DNA from: a virus | IMG/VR virus record: IMGVR_UViG_3300035208_005542 | DNA length: 64,000 nt | Reading direction: 5' to 3' (one strand) | In this document: one piece after another, positions 18,058 through 27,503 of the stretch | Layout: each line of letters starts with the position of its first letter | How positions within the stretch are numbered: position 1 is the first letter of the stretch | The notes under the pieces: generated by a model | Database searches by the model: none | Told to the model about the DNA's origin: nothing | The model's input: the letters and a program-made list of their open reading frames with translations, nothing else | Program-made: the position numbers and the translations under genes

Positions 18058-21000
18058 ATGTCGAAAGCCAGCATCGAACTTGATCTTAAATTCAGAGATA
18101 CGGCGACCGTTAAGGTTCGGAAGGCGACAGAGGACATCACCAAGGTCGTCAACGATGCTGGGAAAACTGCGCAAAATTCGGGGCAGGGATTTGATAAGCT
18201 AAAAAAATCGGTCGATTCCAACAGTTCAGGATTCGGGAAACTTGGATCAAGCGTCAAAAGCACATTCATGCAGATGGCCTTGGGCATGGGTATGGTTACG
18301 GGCGTAACCGAATTGTTCAGGAAGCTGACTGCGGAAATAAAAGCCACCATCGATGCCGGACGCGCATTTGACAAAACGTGGACGGACACGACTACGATCC
18401 TGGAGGCCAGCCAAGAGGGGACGGAGAAGATGCGCAAGGCCGTGTTGGACATGAGTCCTACGTTGGGTTCGGCCACCGATCTCGCTCGTGGTATGTATCA
18501 GGTCCTGTCCGCGACCATCGCTCCGGAGAACGCTATGGCCTTCCTTGAAGCCTCGGCCAAGGCCGCCAGGGCGGGCGTTACAGATACCTATACCGCCGTC
18601 GATGCTTTGACCACCGTGCTGGCCTCTTACGGCATGGAGGCCGATAGGGTTACTGCGGTTTCGGACATAATGTTCAATACGGTTTTGAGAGGTAAAACCA
18701 CCTATGCGCAATTGGCGGGTTCGTTGGGCACCGTTGTCCCCCTTGCCGCACAGGTCGGTGTGTCGTTCGAAGAGGTCGCGGCCGCTATCGCCACCCTGAC
18801 GCGCAAGGGCGTCGATGTCAACACCGTTACTGTGCAGCTCAGACAAATCCTGGTCTCCCTCTTAGGCCCCCAAAAAGATGCGATGGAGATGGCCAAAAGC
18901 GTGGGCCTGGAGTTTAACACAACCGCGTTGAGGAGCAAGGGGTTGGGGGGATTTCTGAAAGATGTCATGGACAAAACCGGGGGGAGTGCGGAGAAGTTGG
19001 ATAAGCTGTTCGGAAATGTCCGCGCCTTGTCCGGAGTCCTGGGTATTGCCGGAGGCGACGCTAGTGATTTTTCGAAGGACTTGGAGATAATGAGCAATTC
19101 TGCGGGAGCCTCTGCGACCGCTTTTGGCAAATATAAAAAATCAACCGACTTTTGGTTGACAAGCATCAAACAGGCGATGGAAAAAGGGAAGATCGGAATT
19201 TTTGAGGGGCTGACCCAAGACATATTCAAGACCATAGAGACCCAAAAAGGAGCGCAGGCATCGTTTGAATCTTGGGCCAAAACTCTGCATCCCCTTGGCG
19301 TCAAGATCGGCCAAAGCATTTCAACTGCTGTTTTGGCCATTGCGGATGTCGTGAAAAAAATCTGGGATTTTAGGGATGCGATACTGGCAGTAATAAAGGT
19401 TTACGCTGTTTGGTATGTTTGGCAAAAAAGGACCATCGCCATTACCGCATTCAACAGTATGCTTGGCGCAGCCAAGAACTTCGGCGCGGCTTTATCTTTG
19501 GTCTTCGCAGGAAAGGGCCTGACCGGGAAGATCGGTAATTTGGGAACATTGATAGGTTCCGGTCTTGGCGGCAAGATCAGCGGCCTGGGCGGAATACTCA
19601 AAAATCTGGGACCAATTGCCATAGCTGCTTTTGCCGGGTGGGAACTTGGAAAACTGATAAACAAGATTGGGGGCGTTAAGGGGGCCATCGAAGGTCTGAT
19701 CACCAGCCTCTTTAAGTTTGACGAAAAATATAAGGGCACGGGAGTCCTGGCAGATAATGCCGCTTCGGAAGAGCTTCAGAAATCTCTCCTTGAAGCATAT
19801 AACAAAATATCCGGAAAAAAATCGACGGTTTGGAACATAGATGAGCTGAGAGCACTTAAGGCCGAATTTCAAAAAACAGGGACGCTTGGAAGCGACGCCT
19901 TGGACAATTGGGCCAAGGGGCTTGGATGGGTAAAAACAAAAATAGAGGAAGTTGGTAATGCGGGGAAGACCGCCGGGGATGGGGGCAAGGCCCAAATGGA
20001 CCTGCTTCTCGAAAAGCTCAAAGAATACGGCTACAACCTGAAAACGGATCTTCTTGATAGATATAAAACGTTGAAAGAAGGAATAAAAGAATTCGGGGAC
20101 CGGATGACAAAGGTCGACCTGACCAAGATCAAAAAGGATGTCAAGGAGTTGGGCGTCATTCTTGGGTTCACGAGTTCTGTTCTTTCCGATTTCAACCTGT
20201 CGACCAAAACAGAATCGCAGGAAGAACTTACGAAGCTTTCTGCCAAACTGTCGGATCTCAGAAAAGAATACCTGTCCGGGAATATATCGTTGGAGACCTA
20301 CAAGAAGGGAATAGATGGGATACAGAAAGAGGCTGTGGGGTTCGAGTCCACAATATCTGTGATCGATGACGGCATAAAAAGATTGGGAGAGGATTTCAAC
20401 GCAGTAAGCCCCGAAGCCCAAAATCTTGGTGAAGTTCTGAAGCGAATATCTGAACTTGACCCCACTAAATTTTCTTCTACCCTTTGGTTCCCTGGCGGGT
20501 TCGAAAGTGCGAAGGAAGCGGCGGATCTTTTAGGAGCCACCCTCAAAGACCAAGTGATAAAGAATCTGCAGGACATGGAAAATGCGTATTCGGCCCTTAA
20601 AAGAACGGCAAAAGAAAAAGGGGTTGTGAGCCTGATGACGATAGAAGACGAAGCCAAGGCGGTTAGCAACCTCGTTGCGCTATATACCCTGTTGGGGTTG
20701 AAAGTTCCTGAAGAATACAAAAAGGTCATCCGGGCGGGAAAGGCGGCCAAGCAGGATATTTGGACGGGGGTCGCAGAAGATATGGCGAATGCGTGGAAAG
20801 ATGGCCTGACGGAAATGATCAACGGAACCACAACGTTTGCGGATGTGGTTAAGAACACATTCAACGTTCTTGGAACCGGGATCGGAACGGCTGTTGGAAA
20901 CATAGTCACCGACACGCTTTCCAGTTTGGGCAAAATGGCCGGTCCTATCGGAAGCGTAGTCGGCGGTGTTGTCTCCGGATTAATTTCCGTTATTGGCTCG

Positions 21001-22560
21001 ATGTTCGGCGGGGAAACTGCGGAAGAAAAGTTGGCCCATAAGGTTGAAGCCATTCAATACCAGTATAAAAGATTCGGGAAGATATCCGATTCGCTGGCCC
21101 AAAAAATCGTGGAAATAACGGAAGACGTGAATAGGGAGACTGCGGCGATCGAGACCTTGGCCGACGTTATAAGCGAAGTGGGGGTGACTACCACCACGCT
21201 GAAAAAATATCTGATGCAGATGCGCGTATCCCTTAGGGAGATCGCACAGGGATCGGTCGAGGCGTATGAGGGCCTTTCCAGCATCGGAGAAGCGTTCTCT
21301 GCGATCATGACTTGGGCAGAAAAATTTGGGCGCGAAGGGGACGCAAAAATCGTTTCGTTTATTCAATATGTCCGCGCACTGGGGGTCTCGATAACGGAGG
21401 TCAACGAATATGTTTATGATCAGTTGGATGCGGGGGCTGAGGGCCTGACATCGATGGCCGCAAACATTGGAGGAGCGGAATATGCCAAGCTTTTGGAATA
21501 CAAATCCAAGATCGCGGAGTTGGCGGAAGAGGTCGACACGTTGTCGACATCTAACCTGTCCACGCGTTCGGAACAATCTAATTATATTGCTAAACAGCAG
21601 GAATTAGCGAACCTCCAGGCGTCTTATGATGCATTGAAGACCCAATTGGCATCCGAATTAGAGCCGGAGTTGATACGGGTCAGCAATCTGACCGTCGCCA
21701 CGTTTAACGCATACCTGGAACAGGGGATGTCCGTGACCGATATCTGGGACAAGATGGGGGATGCGATCACGAATCTGGCGTCCGAATATGAGGAATTGGG
21801 AATAACGGGCGGGGCAGCCATACAGGAACTCATGAAGATGAGCGATATCGCGGAGGCCAACGAGAACCTGTTCAGCGCAATAGGCGGAACGCAGGACCTT
21901 ATAGAATCGTTGGGGAACACGGGGTTCATGACCGCCGAGACCTTGACAGATCTGGCAAACCAAACAGCCGGATATTATAATCAGTTGACCGAAGCGGGAA
22001 TGACCTCCCAGCAGGCCCTCGCAACGATAGCTCCCTCCCTCGAAGATCTGGCGTATTACGCCGATCAATACGGACTGACGTTGGATGATGCCACGAAAAG
22101 TCTTATAGAGCAGGCCAAGGCCGCCGGAGTTTACACGGAAAAAGGCCAGGACATTTCTGTTCTGCTTCAGAATGGATTTGCGGATATAGTTTCGCGGTTG
22201 GATGAACTGATAGATTTAGGAACATACAAAAGAACGGAAGACGAAAAGGAAGCGGACCAAGAGGAACGCAACAGGAATAGACGTGCGGGGAGAACGACAG
22301 GTGCTGCTATGGGATTTGATGGCGTCGTTACCGGCCCCAGGACGTTTTACATCGAACCTGGCATCACGGAATCCGTTAAGATCGGGAAAAAATCTCCGAC
22401 GGCCAATGCCCCTGTTGAACAAACGGTCAACCTGAGCCCGAACTTCACATTCGAACCCATAGTTATTCCGTATTCGGCCCTTGAGTCGTTCGTTATCGAG
22501 TGGATCCAGAAAGCGGGCGGCGATGAACGGATACTGTTCAAATCCAACGCTGTGAGGTAA
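18058..22560 (+). CDS. Tape measure protein (TP901-type)
   Basis: 1500 aa, helical; ATDLARGMYQVLSA, SDIMFNTVLRGKTT, GVSFEEVAAAIATLT. Confidence 0.93.
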   Translation: MSKASIELDLKFRDTATVKVRKATEDITKVVNDAGKTAQNSGQGFDKLKKSVDSNSSGFGKLGSSVKSTFMQMALGMGMVTGVTELFRKLTAEIKATIDAGRAFDKTWTDTTTILEASQEGTEKMRKAVLDMSPTLGSATDLARGMYQVLSATIAPENAMAFLEASAKAARAGVTDTYTAVDALTTVLASYGMEADRVTAVSDIMFNTVLRGKTTYAQLAGSLGTVVPLAAQVGVSFEEVAAAIATLTRKGVDVNTVTVQLRQILVSLLGPQKDAMEMAKSVGLEFNTTALRSKGLGGFLKDVMDKTGGSAEKLDKLFGNVRALSGVLGIAGGDASDFSKDLEIMSNSAGASATAFGKYKKSTDFWLTSIKQAMEKGKIGIFEGLTQDIFKTIETQKGAQASFESWAKTLHPLGVKIGQSISTAVLAIADVVKKIWDFRDAILAVIKVYAVWYVWQKRTIAITAFNSMLGAAKNFGAALSLVFAGKGLTGKIGNLGTLIGSGLGGKISGLGGILKNLGPIAIAAFAGWELGKLINKIGGVKGAIEGLITSLFKFDEKYKGTGVLADNAASEELQKSLLEAYNKISGKKSTVWNIDELRALKAEFQKTGTLGSDALDNWAKGLGWVKTKIEEVGNAGKTAGDGGKAQMDLLLEKLKEYGYNLKTDLLDRYKTLKEGIKEFGDRMTKVDLTKIKKDVKELGVILGFTSSVLSDFNLSTKTESQEELTKLSAKLSDLRKEYLSGNISLETYKKGIDGIQKEAVGFESTISVIDDGIKRLGEDFNAVSPEAQNLGEVLKRISELDPTKFSSTLWFPGGFESAKEAADLLGATLKDQVIKNLQDMENAYSALKRTAKEKGVVSLMTIEDEAKAVSNLVALYTLLGLKVPEEYKKVIRAGKAAKQDIWTGVAEDMANAWKDGLTEMINGTTTFADVVKNTFNVLGTGIGTAVGNIVTDTLSSLGKMAGPIGSVVGGVVSGLISVIGSMFGGETAEEKLAHKVEAIQYQYKRFGKISDSLAQKIVEITEDVNRETAAIETLADVISEVGVTTTTLKKYLMQMRVSLREIAQGSVEAYEGLSSIGEAFSAIMTWAEKFGREGDAKIVSFIQYVRALGVSITEVNEYVYDQLDAGAEGLTSMAANIGGAEYAKLLEYKSKIAELAEEVDTLSTSNLSTRSEQSNYIAKQQELANLQASYDALKTQLASELEPELIRVSNLTVATFNAYLEQGMSVTDIWDKMGDAITNLASEYEELGITGGAAIQELMKMSDIAEANENLFSAIGGTQDLIESLGNTGFMTAETLTDLANQTAGYYNQLTEAGMTSQQALATIAPSLEDLAYYADQYGLTLDDATKSLIEQAKAAGVYTEKGQDISVLLQNGFADIVSRLDELIDLGTYKRTEDEKEADQEERNRNRRAGRTTGAAMGFDGVVTGPRTFYIEPGITESVKIGKKSPTANAPVEQTVNLSPNFTFEPIVIPYSALESFVIEWIQKAGGDERILFKSNAVR

Positions 22561-22562
22561 TT

Positions 22563-23324
22563 ATGACCAGATGTACGTTCATGTATAATAACTTGTGGGA
22601 CAAGGCCGTAGTCATAACCCCCAATTCCCAAGACCCGCTGTTCCCCGCTATCAATACTCAGCATCGTTGGTTGTCGAAGACCTGGAGAACCGTGGTTTCA
22701 AGCGGGACCCTGACGGCAAGTTGCGTCATAGACCTGGGTTCTGCTCAGGCCGTTCAAGCGTTCATCCTCAAGGGGCATAATCTTTCTTCGTCCGCTACGA
22801 TAAAGATACAGGGGAACGCATCCGATGTCTGGACCGCCCCTTCCGTGGATGTCACGCTGACCCTTGCGGATCTTATAACCTACTTCTGGACCGCGGAACA
22901 GACATACAGATATTGGCGGGTGATCGCGGTAGATTCCAATCCCGTAACAACGTATTTGGAGTTCAATCGAACATTCCTTGGACCTTATTTTTCCCCGTCC
23001 GTCAATTTGATCGACGGATATACGAAAACTTATAAAGATCCGTCGGACATCGAATTTTCGGACAATGGGCAGATCAGTACGAATCAGAAGACCAAGTACA
23101 GGACTATACGAATGGATTTTGAGAACATAGTGGCGTTAGATGAGGCGGAATTTGATGAGATGTTCTTGGCCGTTGGGTCGAGTCTTAATCTGTTCTGGAC
23201 CTTGGACCGTGATCAAGCGACGACCACTACGAAATATGTTAGAATAACGGGTGATCCTGAGATAACACATGTCGCAAGGGATGACATATATAACGTTTCG
23301 ATGTCGATCGAGGAACTGAGATAA
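22563..23324 (+). CDS. Putative distal tail protein with discoidin-like region
   Basis: Directly after tape measure; IDLGSAQAV...YRYWRV. Confidence 0.6.
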   Translation: MTRCTFMYNNLWDKAVVITPNSQDPLFPAINTQHRWLSKTWRTVVSSGTLTASCVIDLGSAQAVQAFILKGHNLSSSATIKIQGNASDVWTAPSVDVTLTLADLITYFWTAEQTYRYWRVIAVDSNPVTTYLEFNRTFLGPYFSPSVNLIDGYTKTYKDPSDIEFSDNGQISTNQKTKYRTIRMDFENIVALDEAEFDEMFLAVGSSLNLFWTLDRDQATTTTKYVRITGDPEITHVARDDIYNVSMSIEELR

Positions 23325-25888
23325 TGGATTTTTCTGCACTCCTGAAAAAGGCCGATGCTTGGAGGGCGTTCCTTGTCGAAGTGCGGCCTTGCGCAGAAAT
23401 CGAAGGGCTGGTCTGGACCCAAGACCTGACCTATACTAATCTTTGGTGGACGGTTCTTGGCGGATCTTCGATCCCGGATGGGGTTCCGTCCAAAATGACG
23501 GAGAATGGGGTCGAATATCTGGAGGCCTATTCGTTGACGGAGGCCAATTCGACAGCCGGATCGTTCTACTTCGACTACGATAATAAAACATTATACGTCC
23601 ATACGAAAAACACAGACAGCCCCGGTTTGCAGACCACCGCTCCGGCATATGACTACATGATCTTAGCCTATTTCTGGCGGTACTTCACGAACGCACAGTA
23701 TACGGATTATCCCATTGTTTTCTCCCGACAAATCCAAGCGTTGGTAGATGGAGAATTCGAGCAGTGGACATCATCGACCGTGCTTGCCCAATGGACTTCG
23801 ACCCTGGCAGGGACATCAACGGTCAACAGGGATTCGTCAGAGGCCCATGGCGGGGCGTATTGCGTGCGACTGGACATAGATGGCTCGAACAGCCTAGCGA
23901 AGGTTTCACGGGCGTTCAGGGCCGTTCCTGGGGCATTATGTACGTTAATGCTGTATTACTGGATGTCTACTGGGGCCGGAGCGAAGATCAGGATCAAGGA
24001 CAGTGGCGACAACGTGTTCTTGGACAGCAGTGGGAATTGGCAAGCGTCAGATACTGAAATCGATTTAACGGAACAAACGATTGCCACCCTGTATACTCTG
24101 TCGTTCAACGCCAATTCAGGATATACTGATTATGTCATAGAATTGTATAATGGTTCCGCTGCCGGTCTATCGATATATTTCGACGATGCGTCATTGCTAA
24201 TCAATCGGGAACAGAATACGTACTTGCCGTACATCACTACTTCCGGAACCCCCGAACTTCAGCAATCGGTCTCCCCGTTCCACGAATCTTCTTTGGTCAT
24301 GGAATTTGGGACTATACAGTTCGCAAATGACGGATGGTGGTACGATCAGTTGCAAAATTATACATGGGCATTCAAGGAAATCGTTATAAGATTTGGTGCT
24401 CGTGGATCTAATTTTGCGGACTTCGCAGAGGTATTCCGGGGCGTTGTAAGATATCCAAAAACTACAGATATTTTGGTGTCCTTGGAAGTCACGGACAATA
24501 AAATCTATACTTACAAATCGATCCCGAATACGGTTTACGATGCTACTACTTATCCGCATTTAGAAGATGGGGCCGATGACCAACCGATCCCGATAATATA
24601 CGGGGAATTCGCGGAAATCGTACCCACATGTATTGACACCACGACCTATAAATTCAAACTGGCATGCCACGCTCTGGAGGCCATAGTCGAGGTATATAAA
24701 AACGGGGTGCTTCAAACAGAAAATACGGATTATACCCCCGACCTGGCCAACGGAGAATTCACGATGGCCAACAATCCCGGCGAGGCGTTCATAGTCTGCC
24801 ACGTCAAGGGTCGAAAATGCGCCATAGCCGACGGGACATATTCAGAAAACGTCGCAGATATTCTATACGATCTTCTGGTCACGTGGGGGGATAACGATCC
24901 GCAAGACATAGACTTGAAGTCTTTCTTGACCCTTCAGGGCGGAAGGTCCCAAAAACATCATATCTATCTGAATACTGTGACAAAAGTTGTTGAGGTCGCC
25001 AGACTTTTACAGGCCTCAGCTCTTTTCCATCTGGTTCCGTTGCTAAACGGGAAGCTCGGGGCGTTCCGATACTACGAGGGGACGGATTCTGATACGCCGG
25101 TCGTTGATGGATCGGAGATCAGAGATTTCGGGATCGAGAACGATACTGATGCCCTGTACAAATCGGTTAAGGTCGAATACGGATATGTCCCCAGCGAAGG
25201 GACATATTCCAGTACTCAAAAATCATCCAACAAAGCGGAGTGGAAACACGATGCGAAAGAGACATTATCGATAACCTCCTCTCTCCGAATCAAAGCTGAC
25301 GCAGAAGAATTGGCCGACTATTATATAGGGGTTCTGCAAGAACCGCTTAAAAAAGTCACGGGGATTATGCCAAGCACCATATTCAGTTCTTATCCCGGAA
25401 GCAAAGTCATCATCACAAAAACGAGGTTGCTTCCCGACGGCAGTTCCTATTCCGTTCTGTCTTCTGCCCCCTATAGATTTCTGTCTCTTAAAAAATCCCT
25501 GAGATCGGGAGCAACAACCATTGTTGCCTGGGACGATTTGCAATCCTCTGGTTCGGGATTCTGCGAAGTCTGCTATCATTGTCAGACGTGCGTCGAAGCG
25601 CAAACGGGGACATGCACATCCTGTTATTCATGTCAGGCTTGTAATTCCGGCCAATGTGCGTCTTGCCAAACCTGTTATTATTGTCAGGCTTGCAATTCCG
25701 GCCAATGCGCATCTTGTCAATCGTGTTACGCTTGTCAAAGCTGTAATACATGCGAAACGACCCAATGTGCAGTCTGTGTTGCATGTGAAAAATGCGTTTC
25801 TGGAGAGACCAGTTGTGATTCGTGCCAACTTTGTAATAGTTGTGAGCGGTGTTTTACGTGCGAAAAATGCTATGGAGGGTTGCACTAA
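23324..25888 (+). CDS. Tail tip/baseplate hub protein with internal carbohydrate-binding-like domain and C-terminal 30-Cys CxxC-repeat domain
   Basis: 854 aa; PIPIIYG hub motif; DGEFEQW...YFDDASL CBM-like insert; Cys repeats from 25562. Confidence 0.78.
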   Translation: MDFSALLKKADAWRAFLVEVRPCAEIEGLVWTQDLTYTNLWWTVLGGSSIPDGVPSKMTENGVEYLEAYSLTEANSTAGSFYFDYDNKTLYVHTKNTDSPGLQTTAPAYDYMILAYFWRYFTNAQYTDYPIVFSRQIQALVDGEFEQWTSSTVLAQWTSTLAGTSTVNRDSSEAHGGAYCVRLDIDGSNSLAKVSRAFRAVPGALCTLMLYYWMSTGAGAKIRIKDSGDNVFLDSSGNWQASDTEIDLTEQTIATLYTLSFNANSGYTDYVIELYNGSAAGLSIYFDDASLLINREQNTYLPYITTSGTPELQQSVSPFHESSLVMEFGTIQFANDGWWYDQLQNYTWAFKEIVIRFGARGSNFADFAEVFRGVVRYPKTTDILVSLEVTDNKIYTYKSIPNTVYDATTYPHLEDGADDQPIPIIYGEFAEIVPTCIDTTTYKFKLACHALEAIVEVYKNGVLQTENTDYTPDLANGEFTMANNPGEAFIVCHVKGRKCAIADGTYSENVADILYDLLVTWGDNDPQDIDLKSFLTLQGGRSQKHHIYLNTVTKVVEVARLLQASALFHLVPLLNGKLGAFRYYEGTDSDTPVVDGSEIRDFGIENDTDALYKSVKVEYGYVPSEGTYSSTQKSSNKAEWKHDAKETLSITSSLRIKADAEELADYYIGVLQEPLKKVTGIMPSTIFSSYPGSKVIITKTRLLPDGSSYSVLSSAPYRFLSLKKSLRSGATTIVAWDDLQSSGSGFCEVCYHCQTCVEAQTGTCTSCYSCQACNSGQCASCQTCYYCQACNSGQCASCQSCYACQSCNTCETTQCAVCVACEKCVSGETSCDSCQLCNSCERCFTCEKCYGGLH
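25631..25732 (+). repeat. Imperfect 51-bp tandem duplication in the Cys-rich domain
   Basis: TGTCAGGCTTG(T/C)AATTCCGGCCAATG... twice, encoding CQACNSGQCASCQxCYx. Confidence 0.85.
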
Positions 25889-26217
25889 TGAGTTGCGCTT
25901 CTTGCCAATCGTGCGATGTCTGCCAAAGCTGTAACGCCCTGAACTGCTCCCTATGCCAGATATGCAATGCATGTCAGGCCGTTTGCTACGCCAGCCAATG
26001 TTCTGCCTGCGAACTCTGCAACGCCTGTCAAGCTTCTTGTTATTCCGGCCAATGTCCCACGTGCCAACTTTGCAATGCCTGCCAGATTTGCAACGCAAGC
26101 CAATGTCCCACATGTCAGATCTGCAATGCCTGCCAGGTCACGTGTTACGCTAGTCAATGCCCCACATGCGAATACTGTGTTACGTGCGAACAATGTAATA
26201 CTCTACAATATGTTTAG
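25888..26217 (+). CDS. Cys-rich CxxC-repeat peptide (109 aa, 30 Cys); putative radical SAM substrate
   Basis: ATG overlaps the upstream stop (TAATG); six units of five Cys joined by 4-aa linkers (NALN, YASQ, YSGQ, NASQ, YASQ). Confidence 0.85.
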   Translation: MSCASCQSCDVCQSCNALNCSLCQICNACQAVCYASQCSACELCNACQASCYSGQCPTCQLCNACQICNASQCPTCQICNACQVTCYASQCPTCEYCVTCEQCNTLQYV

Positions 26218-26225
26218 GAGATAAA

Positions 26226-27503
26226 ATGGAAGATAAAAAATGCCTGAATTGCTATACCTGCGAAAAAGGGGTCATCCAATCGGTCACGGCTGAGATGTTC
26301 CAAAAGGCGCGACTGGAAGGAAACATCCCTCCGGAATGGTTCAAGGACACGGACTGTGCGGAATGCTATGCGTGCGAGAAAGGATATACCAAGGGACCAG
26401 GAAATAATCTTCCAGTTTCTACTTATTTTATTTTCTTAACCAACGAATGCAATCTTCGTTGTGATTATTGCTATGCGACGAAAGTTCCGATGATCATGAG
26501 CGATGAGACGATAGAGCAAGTGAAAACGTTCCTGACCAAGAGCGAGGATCTGCGGTTGGGCGAACACGAACTGAATATCCAGTTCTTCGGCGGGGAGCCA
26601 ACTCTGCGGTGGAATTCTTTAGAAAAATTTGTCAGAGAATTCTCTCGTGATTATGAGTCTCTGTATGGGCGAAAAATCAAATGGGGAATGACCACAAACG
26701 GCACGTTGCTTACAGAAGATAGATTGAAATTTCTCAAGGACCATGACCTGAAGCCTCTTCTTTCATTGGATGGAAGAAGAGAGACTCATAACTGTCACAG
26801 GAAAACGGTCACAGGAAGCGGATCGTTCGATCTTATTCCCCTTGATATGATACTGAAATATTTTCCAGACATAGAAATCAGGCCAACGATAACCCCAGAA
26901 ACGGCCAGGGGATGGGCGGAGGATCTCTTGTGGTTCCACTCTCATGGTGTTTACGCCGTCGCTACAGAGGTCGCATACGAGGCCGATTGGTCCCCTGTTT
27001 CGTTTCTGGACGCCAGAAAAATGTATGAGGAGTTGGCAGATATCTATGTGGAGCGGAGAACATCGGGCCAAAAAGTTTGGATGAAATTTATCGATGACGG
27101 CTTGGTCGCCCTTGGCAATCAGGAGCAAACCGGACACGTCTGCGGAATCGCCCGGGGAATTGCGGCGATCGACTCCTGCGGGAAACTTTATGCCTGCCAG
27201 AGGTACGCATCGATGTCCGATCCCAATTTGGCGATTGGAGATATCTGGAAGGGATTTGAGGAACATAAATTAGCTGAAACGCAAAGCTTAAAGCGCGAAG
27301 ATATGTCCCCGCAAGTCGGGAGTTGCAGGAACTGCGTTGCAAAATGGAGATGTAGGGGTGGGTGCAATGCGATGAATTTCCAGACATGTGGAGACCGGAA
27401 AATCATTCTGGAAAATCATTGTCGTTTTCAGCAGATGTGGTCTGAGATTAGCTTGGTCGCTATGGCCAGAACGGGAGAGCTTTGGGGGAAACGCTATAAA
27501 TGA
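26226..27503 (+). CDS. Radical SAM/SPASM peptide maturase-like protein
   Basis: CNLRCDYC (CX3CX2C), FFGGEP, TTNGTLL, SLDG; SPASM Cys set (C..G.LYAC, CRNC...CRGGC...C); AGGAG RBS. Confidence 0.93.
   Translation: MEDKKCLNCYTCEKGVIQSVTAEMFQKARLEGNIPPEWFKDTDCAECYACEKGYTKGPGNNLPVSTYFIFLTNECNLRCDYCYATKVPMIMSDETIEQVKTFLTKSEDLRLGEHELNIQFFGGEPTLRWNSLEKFVREFSRDYESLYGRKIKWGMTTNGTLLTEDRLKFLKDHDLKPLLSLDGRRETHNCHRKTVTGSGSFDLIPLDMILKYFPDIEIRPTITPETARGWAEDLLWFHSHGVYAVATEVAYEADWSPVSFLDARKMYEELADIYVERRTSGQKVWMKFIDDGLVALGNQEQTGHVCGIARGIAAIDSCGKLYACQRYASMSDPNLAIGDIWKGFEEHKLAETQSLKREDMSPQVGSCRNCVAKWRCRGGCNAMNFQTCGDRKIILENHCRFQQMWSEISLVAMARTGELWGKRYK

Noticed and set aside
25631..26170. Possible CRISPR array or DGR template/variable repeat
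   Set aside because: Repeats are in-frame coding units without unique spacers; mismatches are not adenine-specific; no reverse transcriptase or cas gene in the window
25562..26217. Multiheme cytochrome or ferredoxin interpretation of the Cys repeats
   Set aside because: No CxxCH motifs; CxxCxxCxxxC spacings occur but lack the CP ending and ferredoxin context. Metal binding in general is not excluded.
25521..26224. Alternative-frame and antisense ORFs over the Cys-repeat region
   Set aside because: By-products of repetitive Cys codons; the Cys frames have coupled start/stop signals and match the adjacent radical SAM gene
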